From the NCBI GenBank assembly GCA_038087875.1, contig CM075988.1:2604001-2668000 (forward strand): a stretch of DNA of 64,000 nucleotides, read 5' to 3'. This stretch comes from Malacoraja senta (lineage: Eukaryota). A program made the translations under genes and the position numbers. The notes under the pieces were generated by a model. That model was not told the DNA's origin. It saw nothing but the letters and a program-made list of their open reading frames with translations, and did no database searches. This document shows, piece by piece, positions 46,899 through 60,767 of this stretch (its first letter is position 1; every line of letters starts with the position of its first letter).

Positions 46899-49800
46899 AG
46901 TAAGATTAAACGAGAACTTGCCAGTTTGAAGTTTGATCTTTATTTTATGAGGAGTTACGTTGGTGATTACATGACGAAGACCCGTCAGGGTGCATGCGCG
47001 TCAATCTTCAAAGCAGCGGTATGAAATCACAGACAACACCATAATTGAAGTAACATATTAAGATGATCAACATGAGAACTACCATTATGACCTTTTTTCT
47101 ATGAGAGGGTTGGGCGTGGCGGGCACGTAATCACCAACGTAACTCCTCATAAAATAAAGATCAAACTTCAAACTGGTAAGTTCTCGTTTAATCTTACTAT
47201 TTTACTTCGGAGTCACGTGAGTGACTACGTGAAGATTTTAAAGCTCTGTGATTTTTATGCTGCAGATCAAAATCCCGGCTTCTCACTGCATCGATTGACT
47301 CCGAGTATCATCAATAATGCTGTAAACATGACATTGCATATCATGCAAAACCAAAACATTTTTATTTTTTGGTCATAAAACAACCAATAAACCCTCTTAA
47401 TGTAGGGGCAACAAACGAAACAGAATTAAGCAGTATTGAAAACAGACTTTAAACAATAGCAACAGCACTTAATATTGAATTGGCAAACAGCCCTCCATCG
47501 GCAATCGGCCGACGGTATTATTGCTGAAACACAAGTTCATTTTTCCAACCTGCGGCTTTTAATATATGGTCGATGGGAATGTCCATCGCCCTGGCTGCGG
47601 ATGTTGCTACTGTGCTAGTGGAATGAGATGTAAACACATAAATGTTAATTCCTGCCTGAACCAAGTCTTGCTTTAACCACCTTGAGATAGTCTGAACTGC
47701 CACTCTTTTATGTTGGCTTCTTGTAACTGACAAATAATCCTGTTTCTTCTTGTCTTAAAGCCCTTGTGGCTTCAATGTAATGTAACAAATGTGTCCTTAC
47801 ACATAAACATGGAGCTGTAGGATATGTTGAGAACACAATCTTAAATCCTGTCACACCTGGCCTGCTTTGTTTGAGCAGGTCATAAATATAAAAAAGAACA
47901 TTCTCTGTATTCACTTCCATTAGCATAGCCAATTTCATGGCTAATTTTAACAAAGTTATAGACGTGACAGGGACCCAATGACGAAGCATGTTAAGAACGC
48001 TTACATCGCAGATTACCATATACCTAGGCTTAGGCGGTTTGGAATTCAAGATTCCTTTCAACCTAGATATGAGAGGGTGAGAACCTATACTTTGTGTCCG
48101 TGTACCTATTACAAGATATGCCGACAAAGCACTTCTAGCTGTATTGATATCAGTATAGCTAAGACCCTCATCATAATAAAGTGTAGATAAAACTCTAACA
48201 CATTTTCAATAACTACAGTATCATATTGAATATTCTTTTGAACACCATATTGTTCCCATTTTTTTACATGTCATATACTGCTTTTGAGTACTCTTTCTCC
48301 AGGCTGCAGTGAGTATATCCACCGTTGGCCTAGAAAGTCCTCGACCAATGTAAGGCATTCTTAAAAACCTGCAAATTAACAGATCAATACGATCACATAA
48401 CGGATGAACTTAACGCATTACTGGATGGTCCATCAAATTCATACTGTTTGGAATCAGCAAAAGGAGGTTGGATCGCTATCTGTAACATCAGAGGGAACCA
48501 TGGTTGAATTGGGCAATTTGGTATCACCAAAACCCCTGAAGCGGCATCCTGCTTGATTTTCTCAAACACCGAGCTATGAGGCAGAATGGTGGGAAAATGT
48601 ACACAAACATATCATCCCAATTTAGTGAAAAAGCATCAATTGTCACTGCCCCTGGATCTGGTGCCCATGAAACATATTTTGGCCTTCCATATAGAAGTAC
48701 TATGTTCTTGAACACATCCTGGTTCAACATCCACTCTGTATTATCACGGAATTTTCGTGAGCTGCCATCTGGTACTACATTAAGTTTCCCTGGCAGATAG
48801 CTCCAATCCAAATATCCATACTCCAGGTCCAATTTTATTTGCCAACCTGTCACATGATAACGATTTGATTCCACCCATGTGATTCATATAAGCAACTGCT
48901 GTAGTGTTGTCTATTTGGCACTGCACATGCAAACTAGTTTTGTTAGTGCCATAAGCCTTGAGTCCATAAAATACTCTTGGTTAATTACCCATGTTTGCAG
49001 AAGCAATGTCCATCTGTATCCACAGCTGGATCTTGTATCAGTAGCACCCCACCCAAGTGCTCTGACATCTGTTTGCAAAATCATGGAAGCTTGGTCCAAT
49101 AACACTTTGGAACTACTAGTGGACATATGCTGAATCCACCATTGTACATCAGCAACAGCCTCTATTGATAGAAGCATAGGTCTATTATAATGACCCCAAT
49201 GTATCCTCAGTGCTTGTTCCTTTGACCTTTGTAATTGTAGATAATAAAGTGGCCACTATTTCCAGCAATTTCCACAGCAGACTCGTCACCTGGCTAATTG
49301 AAGGCTGTGTGTCAGCAATTTAACTTGATACCGTTCTTAATTAGCTCTACCCTTTTTTGCCTGGGCAAGGTCACAATCATGTTGATTAAGTCTATTGTGA
49401 ACCCAACTAGTCAATTTGTGTCACAGGTATTAATTTAGATTTCTCTGGATAGCTTATGAAGCCAAATTTTAAAAAAAAGTGTTTTTTACCAACTACCACT
49501 GATGCTTCAGCTGTTTCCTTTGATTGTCCTACAATCAAGATATTATGTAGTTAAGCCATTAGCACCTGCCCTTGACTTCTCATCATGCCTAGAATAGGTT
49601 TTAACAACTTTGTAATTACTCTAGGAGCTGAAGACAAACGATTAGGCAGTGCATTGTATTGCCATAATTGCCCCATCCAGCTGAATTTTAAATCTTCTAT
49701 CCTGCAAATGAACAGACACTGAATCCAGATCTTTAAGATCTCCTCAAACGTTTCCATCTTAAAATGTCTATACCGTACAAAAAGGTTTAAGACTATTTAG

Positions 49801-51595
49801 GTCCAGTATAATTCTGCATCCTCCACCCTTTTTTGGTCTGGGAAAGATATTGGACACAAACTGATGGCTTTGGTAAACTGCGTTAGCAATTACACATTTA
49901 TTACATAAGCTTGCAAGTTCCACCTGAACTTCCAATTGTTCAGTGATACTGAAGTCAAACTCCTTTTTTGGAACATGTTGCATGGGTAAATCAGAATTTG
50001 CATTAAGCTTTATTCGATACCCTTCAATAACCTTCAGTATAAACATATCTGAGGTAAACATTTAATAGTATCCCATTAGATCTGTCTACATGAGAACCAG
50101 ACCCACTTACGTCCTTACCACCTGGCATTCTTCCCCGGCCTCGAGCTGGATATCTCACCTTCCCTGGCACTGCTACAGCCTAACGCCAACTGCGCTGCAT
50201 CGTAGCTGGACTCGTCCCTTGCCCAGACCAGTCTCCTCGCTTATAGGGATACTTCCTCCAGCTCCTTCGCCTGCTTTGCGAAATCCTCGCCAAACAGCTG
50301 TGCCGGTTACACCGTGCCAGGCTGGCAGAGTGAAGCATATTTAGGGTTGATCGTTGGTCTAAACGCAGTTAATCTCAAAGTGGGCACTCCACAATAGCGC
50401 CACACCTTTTGTTGTAATTTCGTCATGGCCTCTCCATCCACCATCCTGGCAAAGCTCGTTATGCCAGATGCCAGCAACTTTAAAAATATGCTGGAGCTTC
50501 ACCTCCTCCTGGGCTCTCATTTGTATGCCCATCTTGCCCCAAATCTTCCTGTTCCCAACAGGAACTTTTAACAGGCCACAGTTGATTGGGGCTTCAAGCT
50601 TCCTTACTGTCTCATCCATTGTCAGCTCCTGTAGCTGAGGTGAGACTTGGTAATTTATGCTGGTGGCAAGTTCCTCACCCAGAGGCTCACCAGCGTCCGA
50701 CGACATGGCAAACCGTGCTGCACTCGGTGTCAGCTCTGGCTGCTGCATGCCCTCCCTTTGGAAGTCATCATCGGACTCAGGGTCAGAGCGTATCTGCCCT
50801 TCTGCACTCACCTCATGCAAAGAGGGTGCTTTCAAGCAGGCCTCTACTACGCACTGCCGGCGGAGCCTTCCCGACGGCCTCCCGCCCACACAACTCCTCC
50901 TGGAGTGTGGCTTTGTGAAGCAGGCCTCTCCTAGGCACTGCCGGCGGAGCCTTCCCTACGGCCTCCCGCCTGCACAACTCCTCCTGGAGTGTGGCTTTGT
51001 GAAGCAGGCCTCTCCTAGGCACTGCCGGCGGAGCCGTCCCCACGGCCTCCCGCCTGCACAACTCCTCCTGGAGTGTGGCTTGGTGGAGCAGACCCTGTAT
51101 GCGCTGTTCCTTTTGGATAACCGCTGGGGCACGGTATCCTGTCCCCGACGGGACTCTCCTGGCCCGACTCTGCGGAGTCAATGGCCCTGACAGACTTGGC
51201 TTATGCCTACCGCCCGACTGGCGTTGGCTGTGTACCCGGCTGGGCACTTTGCCAAGTCTGTCGCCGCACCGCTACCGGCTTGCGACTCCCCAGAGGTGAC
51301 AGGGTGCCTTTCAGAGACTGCGCTCCCGCAGCTCTCTCTCTCCTTGTCCGTAGCAGGCCTGCACCTTGATGATTTTTTACTTGTTCCTGCATTGTTGGGA
51401 AAAAATACAGCAACAAACTTCTACTTTTTTCCAACTCCTCCAAAGTCCCCCCGACTTTGGTGGAGCTGTAACTACTCACCTGCAGGAGGAGCTCCGTCTT
51501 CCTGCTGCCGGGCGCCAATGCGTCAGACGTAATGACGCGCATGCGCCCTGACGGGTCTTCTTCACGTAGTCACTCACGTGACTCCGAAGTAAAAT
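46899..51595 (-). mobile_element. DIRS1-type tyrosine-recombinase retrotransposon 1, complete ends, decayed ORFs
   Basis: Inverted terminal repeats (~46972-47003 and ~51533-51568) and an internal complementary region at ~47125-47237 matching both ends. Minus-strand gag, RT (CRIILDL, LSSAPRVITK), RNase H (QTD..GWGA), MT (YIFPPF) and YR (FTSHST, GW). Confidence 0.92.
50834..51085. repeat. 84-bp tandem repeat x3 in the DIRS-1 gag region
   Basis: AAGCAGGCCTCT recurs at 50834, 50918 and 51002. Confidence 0.9.
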
Positions 51596-52310
51596 TTAGG
51601 ATGAACACTAACACACTATAATTAATGAAAAGGGGTATAGAATATTATAACATCATAAATCTGTGTGAAGAAAGAGGCGTTAATGATTTGGAAAAGTTCC
51701 AGAGGTTTGGGCTGGAAGACGGTTGTATTTAAGATAAGAAATGTAATCCTTGAAACAGGCTGGTAATTAAGGGACAGATGAATATATTCGGATACAGGGA
51801 CAGGGCATGTGTTTTTATGTTTTACAATTCCACGACTCTGTGATACCGAGCAAGTAACATAGAAGGTTTAAAATTGGGGTAAATAAGAGAATATTTGAAA
51901 TAGTAAAGATGATGATGATAACTTTCTATTGTTGAAACTTTTTTTTCTGTTTTATTCGGCCTGACCAGATAAATTTTTGCTAATGAAAATGTTTTTTTTA
52001 ATTTGACATTGTATTTAGGGGGCTGAACTCAATGTATAATTCCATCTACGGAGGTCAATCAATTTTTGGCCATCATAGATGGCTTCTTGTATTTAGGGTA
52101 TCACCTTTTTGATACCTTAAACTCACTTTTTTTTTTGTATTTACTTTTATGTGGCTTATCTAACAATTTTTCTTTCTTTCTTCACTATTTCTCAACACAC
52201 TTTTCTCTTTTTCTTATGGAGGTTCAATATACGGAGAAGAGGTAAAATGACGTCAGAAGTATGGGATGATACCCACATACCCAAAAGCCTGAGGTACTTA
52301 AACACACCAC

Positions 52311-55300
52311 ATGAAGCAAAATTACCAAAACCTATTTACAATGCAGGATAATAAGGAAAAAAAGAATGGAGGATTCACATTCTGTAGTTGGAATATTAGG
52401 GGTGCGAATGTTCCAATTAAAAGGGGCAAGATTATGGCCCAGTTAAAATCTTTAAATGTGGACATAGCTTTTCTGCAAGAAATGCATACGAAACTACAAA
52501 AACAGATGAGACTAAGGGCAAACTGGATAGGCCAAACTTATCACTCGTCATTTACTGCTAAAGCTAGAGGAACGGCTATTATTATTCGGAAAGGTATACC
52601 ATTTATATTAGAGAACACTATATCTGATAAAGAAGGAAGGTACACGATAGTGGCGGGAGAAATTTATTCTACACCACTGACTCTGATAAATATTTATGCA
52701 CCAAATTTTGATAAACCCCAATTTTTAAAGGAAATTATGGATATAATAGATGAGTATAATTTTCAAAATGTAATACTAGGGGGGGACTTTAACTGTGTTA
52801 TAGATTCATATTTAGACAAATCAATAACATTAAGGAAGGGTAGTGGCAAATCCAAGTCTAGTGAATTCTTAAACACATATATAAAAACACAAATATAACA
52901 GATGTATGGAGAATAGCTAATCCAACTGGAAGGGAATACTCGTTTTGCTCATCAGTACACAAAACATATTCAAGAATTGATTATTTCTTAGTGGATACAA
53001 AATTAATACCATATACGATTAATCCTAAATACCACAATAGTATTATTTCTGATCACTCCCCGTTGACTTTTACTTTAAAACTTGAGGGAATGCCAGGTAT
53101 AAAATCCTTTTGGAGATTTAACACACAAATAGCTAATGACAAATAGCTAATTACGAGTATTTAAAACAGCAAATGAAATTTTTTTTTGAGACAAACGAGA
53201 CACCAGGTATTTCACCATCTCTATTATGGGAATCTTTTAAGGCATTCATCCGTGGAGTTATAATTTCGTATCAAAGTTTTCTAAATAAAAAAAACAGGAC
53301 AGAACAATGGACGTTAGAAAAGGAAATTAAATTATTAGAATTAGGTAATGCAAAAGACCCAACTATAGATAAACATAATAAGATTACATTATTGAAATTT
53401 AAACTTAATCGAATATTATCGGCAAGAGTAATAAGATTATTTCAGATCACAAAACAAGTACAGTTTGAATTAGGGGATAAACCACATAAACTTCTAGCAC
53501 GACAATTGAAGAAGCAAGAAAAGGAAAAAACAATTATTAAAATTAAATCAGAGAACAGGGAACTATTAACTTTACCTAAGGACATTAATAAAAGGTTCGC
53601 TCAATTTTATCAAAATTTATATACATCTAAAACTAAAATAGAAGACAATAAAATTATAAATTTTTTAGATAATTGTAATTTGCCAAAATTGGATATCTTA
53701 GAACAAGAGGAATTAGGAGCTCAGATCACAAGTGAAGAAATAAGAGAAACAATAAAAGAACTGAAAAATGGGAAGACACCAGGGCCTGATGGTTTTAATA
53801 ATTAATTCTATAAAAGATTTCAGGAGTTAATGGTCCCACGATTACTTAAATTATATACTTATGCTTTTACCGAAAATAAATTACCAGAAACTTTAGCAGA
53901 ATCTACAACTACGCTTATACCAAAAAAAGATAAAGATCTAGAAAATCCAGACTCGTAGAGAGCTATATCACTTTTAAACACAGATCAAACATTTTTAGCA
54001 AAGATTTTAGCAAGAAGATTGAGTAAATATATTAATAAATTGATAAACCCGGACCAAACGGGGTTTATACCTAAAAGACAATCATTTAATAATTTGAGAT
54101 GACTTTTTAATATAATGTATTCACATAAAGTGGAAAAGGAAGACTTATCAGTTATATCTTTGGATGCAGAGAAAGCATTTGATCAGGTAGAGTGGCAGTA
54201 TTTATATATAGTACTCCAAAAATTTAATATGGGAGATAATTTTATTAGATGGGTGAAATTATTATATGATAAACCAATGGCAAGAATATTAACTAATAAT
54301 ATGTTGTCTCCAAAATTCCAATTATCACGGGGCAATAGGCAGGGGTGTGTTTTATCACCCCTGCTATTTGCCCTTATGATAGAGCCTTTGGCTGAAAGGA
54401 TAAGAACACATCCGAATATTCAGGGATATAATACTAAGGACTCTAATAACAAAATTTCACTATATGCGTATGATATACTTTTATATATTAGAAATTCAGA
54501 AACGAGTATCCCGAATTTACTAAACGTAATAGAGGAATTTGGCTCTTTTTCTGGATATAGAATAAATTGGAATAAAAGTGAAATTATGTCATTACAGCCC
54601 CAGAAAGCGAATCATCTATTAAAATTTCCATTTAAAATTGCAATGGAAAAATTTAATTATTTAGGTATTCAAGTTACTAGAAGATATAAATCATTATTTA
54701 ATGCTAACTTTAGTCCTTCATTAAATAAATTGAACGCTCTGATTAAATTTTGGAAAACGCTCCCACTATCATTAATTGGCAGAATAAATGCTATAAAAAT
54801 GATAGTTCTACCACAAATAATATATTTATTTCAATCCATACCAATATATATACCAAAATATTTAAAAAAAAAAAACTAGACTCTAATATTACTAATTTTA
54901 TTTGGGACTACAAAGCACATAGAATTTAAAGAAATCATTTGTGTAAACCTAAAGATGTAGGGGGACTTGCACTGCCTAATTTTTTATATTATTATTGGGC
55001 AGTGCATATTAAGAATATCATTTACTAGTTGGACTGCCCTTCTCAACAGATGGAATGGATAAGAATGGAGAAAGAGGATTGTTTTCCGTTCGATTTAGGA
55101 GCGATCCTCTTCTCCCCGATAAAATTGAATAATACATTATATAAGAAGAATCCAATTATACACAATATAATTCGAATTTGGAAACAAATAAAATTAACTT
55201 TAAAATTAAGAAACTTATCATCATTAACACCAATAGTGAATATCTATAAAACATATAGACAATGGGAAAGATTGGGAATTAAAAAGGTGGGTGACATGTA

Positions 55301-56128
55301 TGAAATGGGAAATTTATTATCATTTCAACAATTAAAATCAAAATGTAATCTGAATAATAACCAATACTTTAAATATTTACAGATATGTGACTTTATAAAA
55401 AAATATATACCAAGACTACAGAGCATAATGATAGACCCACTGGAAGAAGTAATGAATATTAAGGCAGACTCACAAAAATTAATCTCATATTTATATAATA
55501 GTATTCTTAATAGAGAATTGCCATCAACAGAGGCAATTAGAGAAGACTGGGAAAAGAATTAATGACAAAAATTTCTAAAGAAACATGGGAGAGGTATTTG
55601 ATATATATACATAAATGTTCGATTAACGCTAGACATAATTTAATTCAATTTAAAATATTACATAGATTATATTATTCAAAAGTTAGGTTGAATACATTTT
55701 ATTCAAATATTTCTCCCATCTGTGATAAATGTCTTTCTCAAAATGCCAATATCACACATTCTTTCGTTTCTTGCACAAAACTTCATGGATTTTGGTGTGA
55801 TATATTTGATATATTCACTAGTTTATTTAAGATAAAAATGGAACCTAATATGGAAATTATTATCTTCAGAGTAATAGGAGATGGAATCAAATTAAATATA
55901 TCCCAAATTTCATTTTTTAATTATGGTTTAATAACAGCAAAAAAACTCATACTTAAATTTTGGAAAAATGCTACTATACCAACACTCAAAATGTGGTTTG
56001 GTAATATGTTGGAAACTGTCCACTTGGAAGAAATGATACTCCTCCTAATAGATAAACAAGACCAATTCTTAACGAGTTGGTCTCCATTTATTGACCTTGT
56101 GGATTCATTTGGTGCAATAGTATCGTAA
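52311..56128 (+). pseudogene. L1 ORF2 (APE endonuclease-RT-Cys domain)
   Basis: ORF pieces 52311-52898, 53173-53805, 54115-54879, 55029-55562 and 55562-56128; the RT YADD reads YAYD. Confidence 0.9.
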
Positions 56129-57068
56129 AGTTAAAAATTCTGGGTTTGGGCGAAAAATGATTAAGAACATAAAAAATCATCGACTTGTGGCGAGGGAGAA
56201 TCTCCTTTCTGCTTCACTTTCTTACTTATTTCTTTTCTTTACTTCACACTCACTAGACTTTCCTTTACTCTTCACTACTTCTTTCTTTCTCATTTCTTTC
56301 AACAACAAAAAAAGGAAGTTGTACAAAGAATGTTTTAATAATTCTGGGAACCTGTAAAAAGGTACCATCAACATGTAATGTACTTACTTCTAATAAATAA
56401 AATATTTAAAAAAACAAAAACAGTGAATAGTACCCCCCTGGTCGTTTGTTGATTAGTACCTGATAGTGAAGAGTACCTGAGAGACGGGAGCCTCCCTACT
56501 TGACGAAAAGTAATCTGAATAGCGAAGGGTACCCCTAATTTTGTCGAACTTAGAGAGGAGGGATAGAGGTCCCCCTATAGAAGCCCAGTCTTAGCGGAGG
56601 GATAGTAACATTCGGGAGGAAAAGTAATCATTTAAGGAATAGTACCCCTCAGCAAAGAGTAAACTAGGAAGGGGAAAATCTTCGGTATCAGAGGGAGACG
56701 TTCACTGCATGATACCAGCGTGACAAAGAAACATAGAAACAAAGAAAATAGGTGCAGGAGTAGGCCATTCGGCTCTTTGAGCCTGCACCACCATTCAATA
56801 TGATCATGGCTGATCATCCAACTCAGTATCATGTACCTGCTTTCTCTCCATACCCCCTGATCCCTTTAGCCACAAGGGTCACATCTAACTCCCTCTTAAA
56901 TATAGCCAATGAACTGGCCTCAACTACCTTCTGTGGCAGAGAATTCCAGAGATTCACCACTCTCTGTGTGAAAAATGTTTTCCTCATCTCGGTCCTAAAA
57001 GATTTCCCCCTTATCCTTAAACTGTGACCCCTTGTTCTGGACTTCCCCAACATCGGGAACAATCTTCC

Positions 57069-58775
57069 TCAATCTAGCCTGTCCAACCCCTTAAGAATTT
57101 TGTACGTTTCTATAAGATCCCCCCTCAATCTTCCAAATTCTAGCGAGTACAAACCGAGTCTATCCAGTCTTTCTTCATATGAAAGTCCTGACATCCCAGG
57201 AATCAGTCTGGTGATCCTTCTCTGTACTCCCTCTATGGCAAGAATGTCTTTCCTCAGATTAGGAGACCAAAACTGTATGCAATACTCCAGGTGTGGTCTC
57301 ACCAAGATCCTGTACAACTGCAGTAGAACCTCCCTGCTCCTATACTCAAATCCTTTTGCTATGAATGCTAACATACCATTCGCCTTCTTCACTGCCTGCT
57401 GCACCTGCATGCCTACTTTTAATGACTGGTGTACCATGACACCCAGGTCTCGTTGCATCTCCCCTTTTCCTAATTGGCCACCATTCAGATAATAGTCTAC
57501 TTTCCTGTTTTTGCCACCAAAGTGGATAACCTCACATTTATCCACATTATACTGCATCTGCCATGCATTTGTCCACTCACCCAGCCTATTCAAGTCACCT
57601 TGCAGCCTCCGAGCATCCTCCTCACAGCTAACACTGCCCCCCAGCTTTGTGTCATCCGCAAACTTGGAGATGTTGCATTCAATTCCCTCGACCAAATCAT
57701 TAATATATATCGTAAATAGCTGGGGTCCCAGCACCGAGCCTTGCGGTACCCCACTAGTCACTGCCTGCCATTGTAAAAAGGACCCGTTTACTCCTACTCT
57801 TTGCTTCCTGTCTGCCAGCCAGTTCTCTATCCACATCAATACTGAACCACCAATACCGTGTGCTTTAAGTTTGTATACTAATCTCTTATGTGGGACCTTG
57901 TCGAAAGCCTTCTGAAAGTCCAGATAGAACACATCCACTGGTTCTCCCTTATCCACTCTACTAGTTACATCCTCGAAAAATTCTATAAGATTCGTCAGAC
58001 ATGATTTACCTTTCATAAATCCATGCTGACTTTGTCCATTGATTTCACCACTTTCCAAATGTGCTGCTATCCCATCTTTAATAACTGATTCTAGCAGTTT
58101 CCCCACTACTGACGTTAGACTAACTGGTCTGTAATTCCCCGTTTTCTCTCTCCCTCCCTTTTTAAAAAGTGGGGTTACATTAGCTACCCTCCAATACTCA
58201 GGAACTACTCCAGAATCTAAAGAGTTTTGAAAAATTATCACTAATGCATCCACTATTTCTGGGGCTACTTCCTTAAGTACTCTGGGATGCAGCCTATCTG
58301 GCCCTGGGGATTTATCGGCCTTTAATCCATTCAATTTACCTAACACCACTTCCCGGCTAACCTGGATTTCACTCAGTTCCTCCATCTCATTTGACTCCCA
58401 GTCCCCTGCTATTTCCAGCAGATTATTTATGTCTTCCTTAGTGAAGACAGAACCAAAGTAGTTATTCAATTGGTCTGCCATGTCCTTGTTCCCCATGATC
58501 AATTCACCTGTTTCTGACTGCAAGGGACCTACATTTGTTTTAACTAATCTTTTTCTCTTCACATATCTATAAAAGCTTTTGCAGTCAGTTTTTATGTTCC
58601 CTGCCAGTTTTCTTTCATAATCTATTTTCCCTTTCCTAATTAAGCCCTTTGTCCTCCTCTGCTGGACTCTGAATTTCTCCCAGTCCTCTGGTAGCCTGCA
58701 TTTTCTGGCTAATTTGTACGCTTCATCTTTTTTTTTGATACTATCCCTGATTTCCCTTGTTATCCATGGATGCAC
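57069..58775 (-). pseudogene. CR1 ORF2 RT domain (568 aa open, intact KFADD)
   Basis: All RT motifs present; frameshift near the C-terminus and a DIRS insertion upstream. Confidence 0.9.
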
Positions 58776-59404
58776 TACCTTCCCTGATTTATTTTTTTGT
58801 CAAACTGGGATGAACAATTGTTGTAGTTCTTCCATGCAGTCTTTAAATGCCTTCCATTGCATATCTACCGTCAACCCATTAAGAATAGTAAGAATAAACG
58901 AGAACTTACCAGTTTGAAGTTTGATCTTTATTTTATGAGGAGTTATGTAGGTGATTACGTGAAGAACCCTGCCAGTGCGCTTGTGCGTCAATCTTCAAAG
59001 CAGCGGTGTGAAATCACAAAAAACAACAACCGAAGTAATATAGTCTCATAATAAAACGAGTAATACAAGAACTTCCATCTGACCTTTATGATAGAGGGTA
59101 GGGTCGTGGTGGGCACGTAATCACCTATGTAACTCCTCATAAAATAAAGATCAAACTTTAAACTGGTAAGTTCTCATTTAATCTTACTATTTTACTTCGG
59201 AGTCACGTGAGTGACTACGTGAAGATTTTAATGCTTTGTGATTTCATGCCGTACATCAATCCTGGCTTCTCACTGCATTGATTGACTCGGAACGAGAATA
59301 ATCAATCATGCATTCATAATAACATTTGTACCACAAATGCAGTAATTCACTTCAATAATGAAATTAATCAGATCCCCTTTAAACCAGAGGAATTTACACA
59401 GAAC

Positions 59405-60400
59405 TTAAAATAGTTTCTGCAAACAATCATTAACAATAGGCCAATGGTAAAAATGTTGAAACATCAACTCATTGGACCACCCGGTGGCTGCGAGGATATG
59501 GTCGACGGGGACATCTTTTGCCCTGGCCGCCGACGTTGCTGCTGCCCTAGTCGAGTGAGACGTAAAAACATAAGTGTTAATACCAGCAGCTGTTAAGACT
59601 TCTTTTATCCATCTGGAAATAGTCTGTATTGAAACTCTCTTGTGTGGTTTCTTGTGTGTGATCAACAACCCAGTTTCCGTATTTCTCAAATACTTTGTGA
59701 CCTCAATGTATTGTAACAAATATGTCTTAACACAGAGACAAGGATCATTTGCATATGCTGCTAGCATAATTTTAAATCCTGTCACACCTGGCCTAATTTG
59801 CTTTAGTAGGTCATAGATATAGAATGTAACCTTGTCTTCAGTTACTTCCATACTGTCTATTTGTAATTTTCCAAGTGTTTGCACTCGTTGTGCTGTCACT
59901 CATGCCATAAGCATGAATACTTTCATACTGAGCTTGGCCAAAGGTAAAGACACACTTGGTGACCATTCACAAAGTAGTTTCAGTACCACACTTACATCCC
60001 AGATTGTCATGTACCTAGGTTTCGGTGGTTTGGAATTAAAGATTCCTTTCATTAGTCTGGAAACAATTGGGTGTGACCCAATTGAGTTTCTTTCTGAATC
60101 CAGAACCAAATGTGAGGACAATGCACTTCTGGCTGAATTAATTGCACTACAACTCAGACCTTCATCATAATAAAGTTTTGACAGAAATTCTAAACATTTG
60201 AAATATCTGCAGTACCATATTGCACATTCTTTTGTACACAGAACTCTTCCCATTTCTTAATATAAGAAAGGTACTGTTTTTGAGTGCTCTTCCTCCAGGC
60301 TGCCGTAAGGATGTCCACAGTACGCTCAGACAGTCCTCGCCCCAGAAAAGGCCTTCTTAAAACCTGCAAATCAACAAATCCAAACGATCATATAATGGAT
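59405..60400 (-). pseudogene. DIRS tyrosine recombinase
   Basis: SAINSARSALS, PKPRY..WDV, TAQRVQTL, LCVK, TISRWI, FTSHSTRAAATS and GW....F..FY. Confidence 0.9.
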
Positions 60401-60767
60401 GTTGTTCCCCTGTTACAGGGTGCAGCAATAAATTACTCCTTTTTGGGACTTTCATCAATATTTGTGTTGTTAATTCTAATATCAACGGATACCATGGCTG
60501 TGTAGGCCAATCTGGTACTACCAATACCCCTGAAGCAGCATCTTGCCTGATTTTAAGCAAACATTGGCTTATGAGGCAGAAAAGTGGAAATATATATGAA
60601 AACATACCACCCCAATGTAGCGAGAAAGCATCAATCGCCACTGCTCCTGGATCTGATTCCCATGAGACATATCTCGATAGCTGATGATTCAGGCTAGATG
60701 CAAACAAGTCGATGTCGGGCATTCCAAATCTGATTACTATATCATTGAATACCTCTCGATTCAACAT
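60357..60767 (-). pseudogene. DIRS DNA N6-adenine methyltransferase-like domain (pol C-terminus)
   Basis: IDLFAS..IDAF..YIFPLF..VPDWPTQPWY; the DIRS-1 equivalent has YIFPPF at 48524-48874. Confidence 0.8.

Larger units (their letters stand above)
46778..56418 (+). mobile_element. L1-clade LINE C (spacer + full-length but disrupted ORF2), containing DIRS-1
   Basis: ORF2 pieces at 52311-56128; AATAAA and A-rich tail to ~56418; 97-bp direct duplication at 46681-46777 and 56419-56515. Confidence 0.85.
45247..56721 (+). mobile_element. ERV2 long untranslated leader (pieces 45247-45909, 46464-46777, 56419-56721), split by nested insertions
   Basis: Follows the PBS; shares TATAAATTGG.CG.AATAC-like sequence with the ERV1 leader (~28199); continuity shown by flanking duplications. 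Confidence 0.6.
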
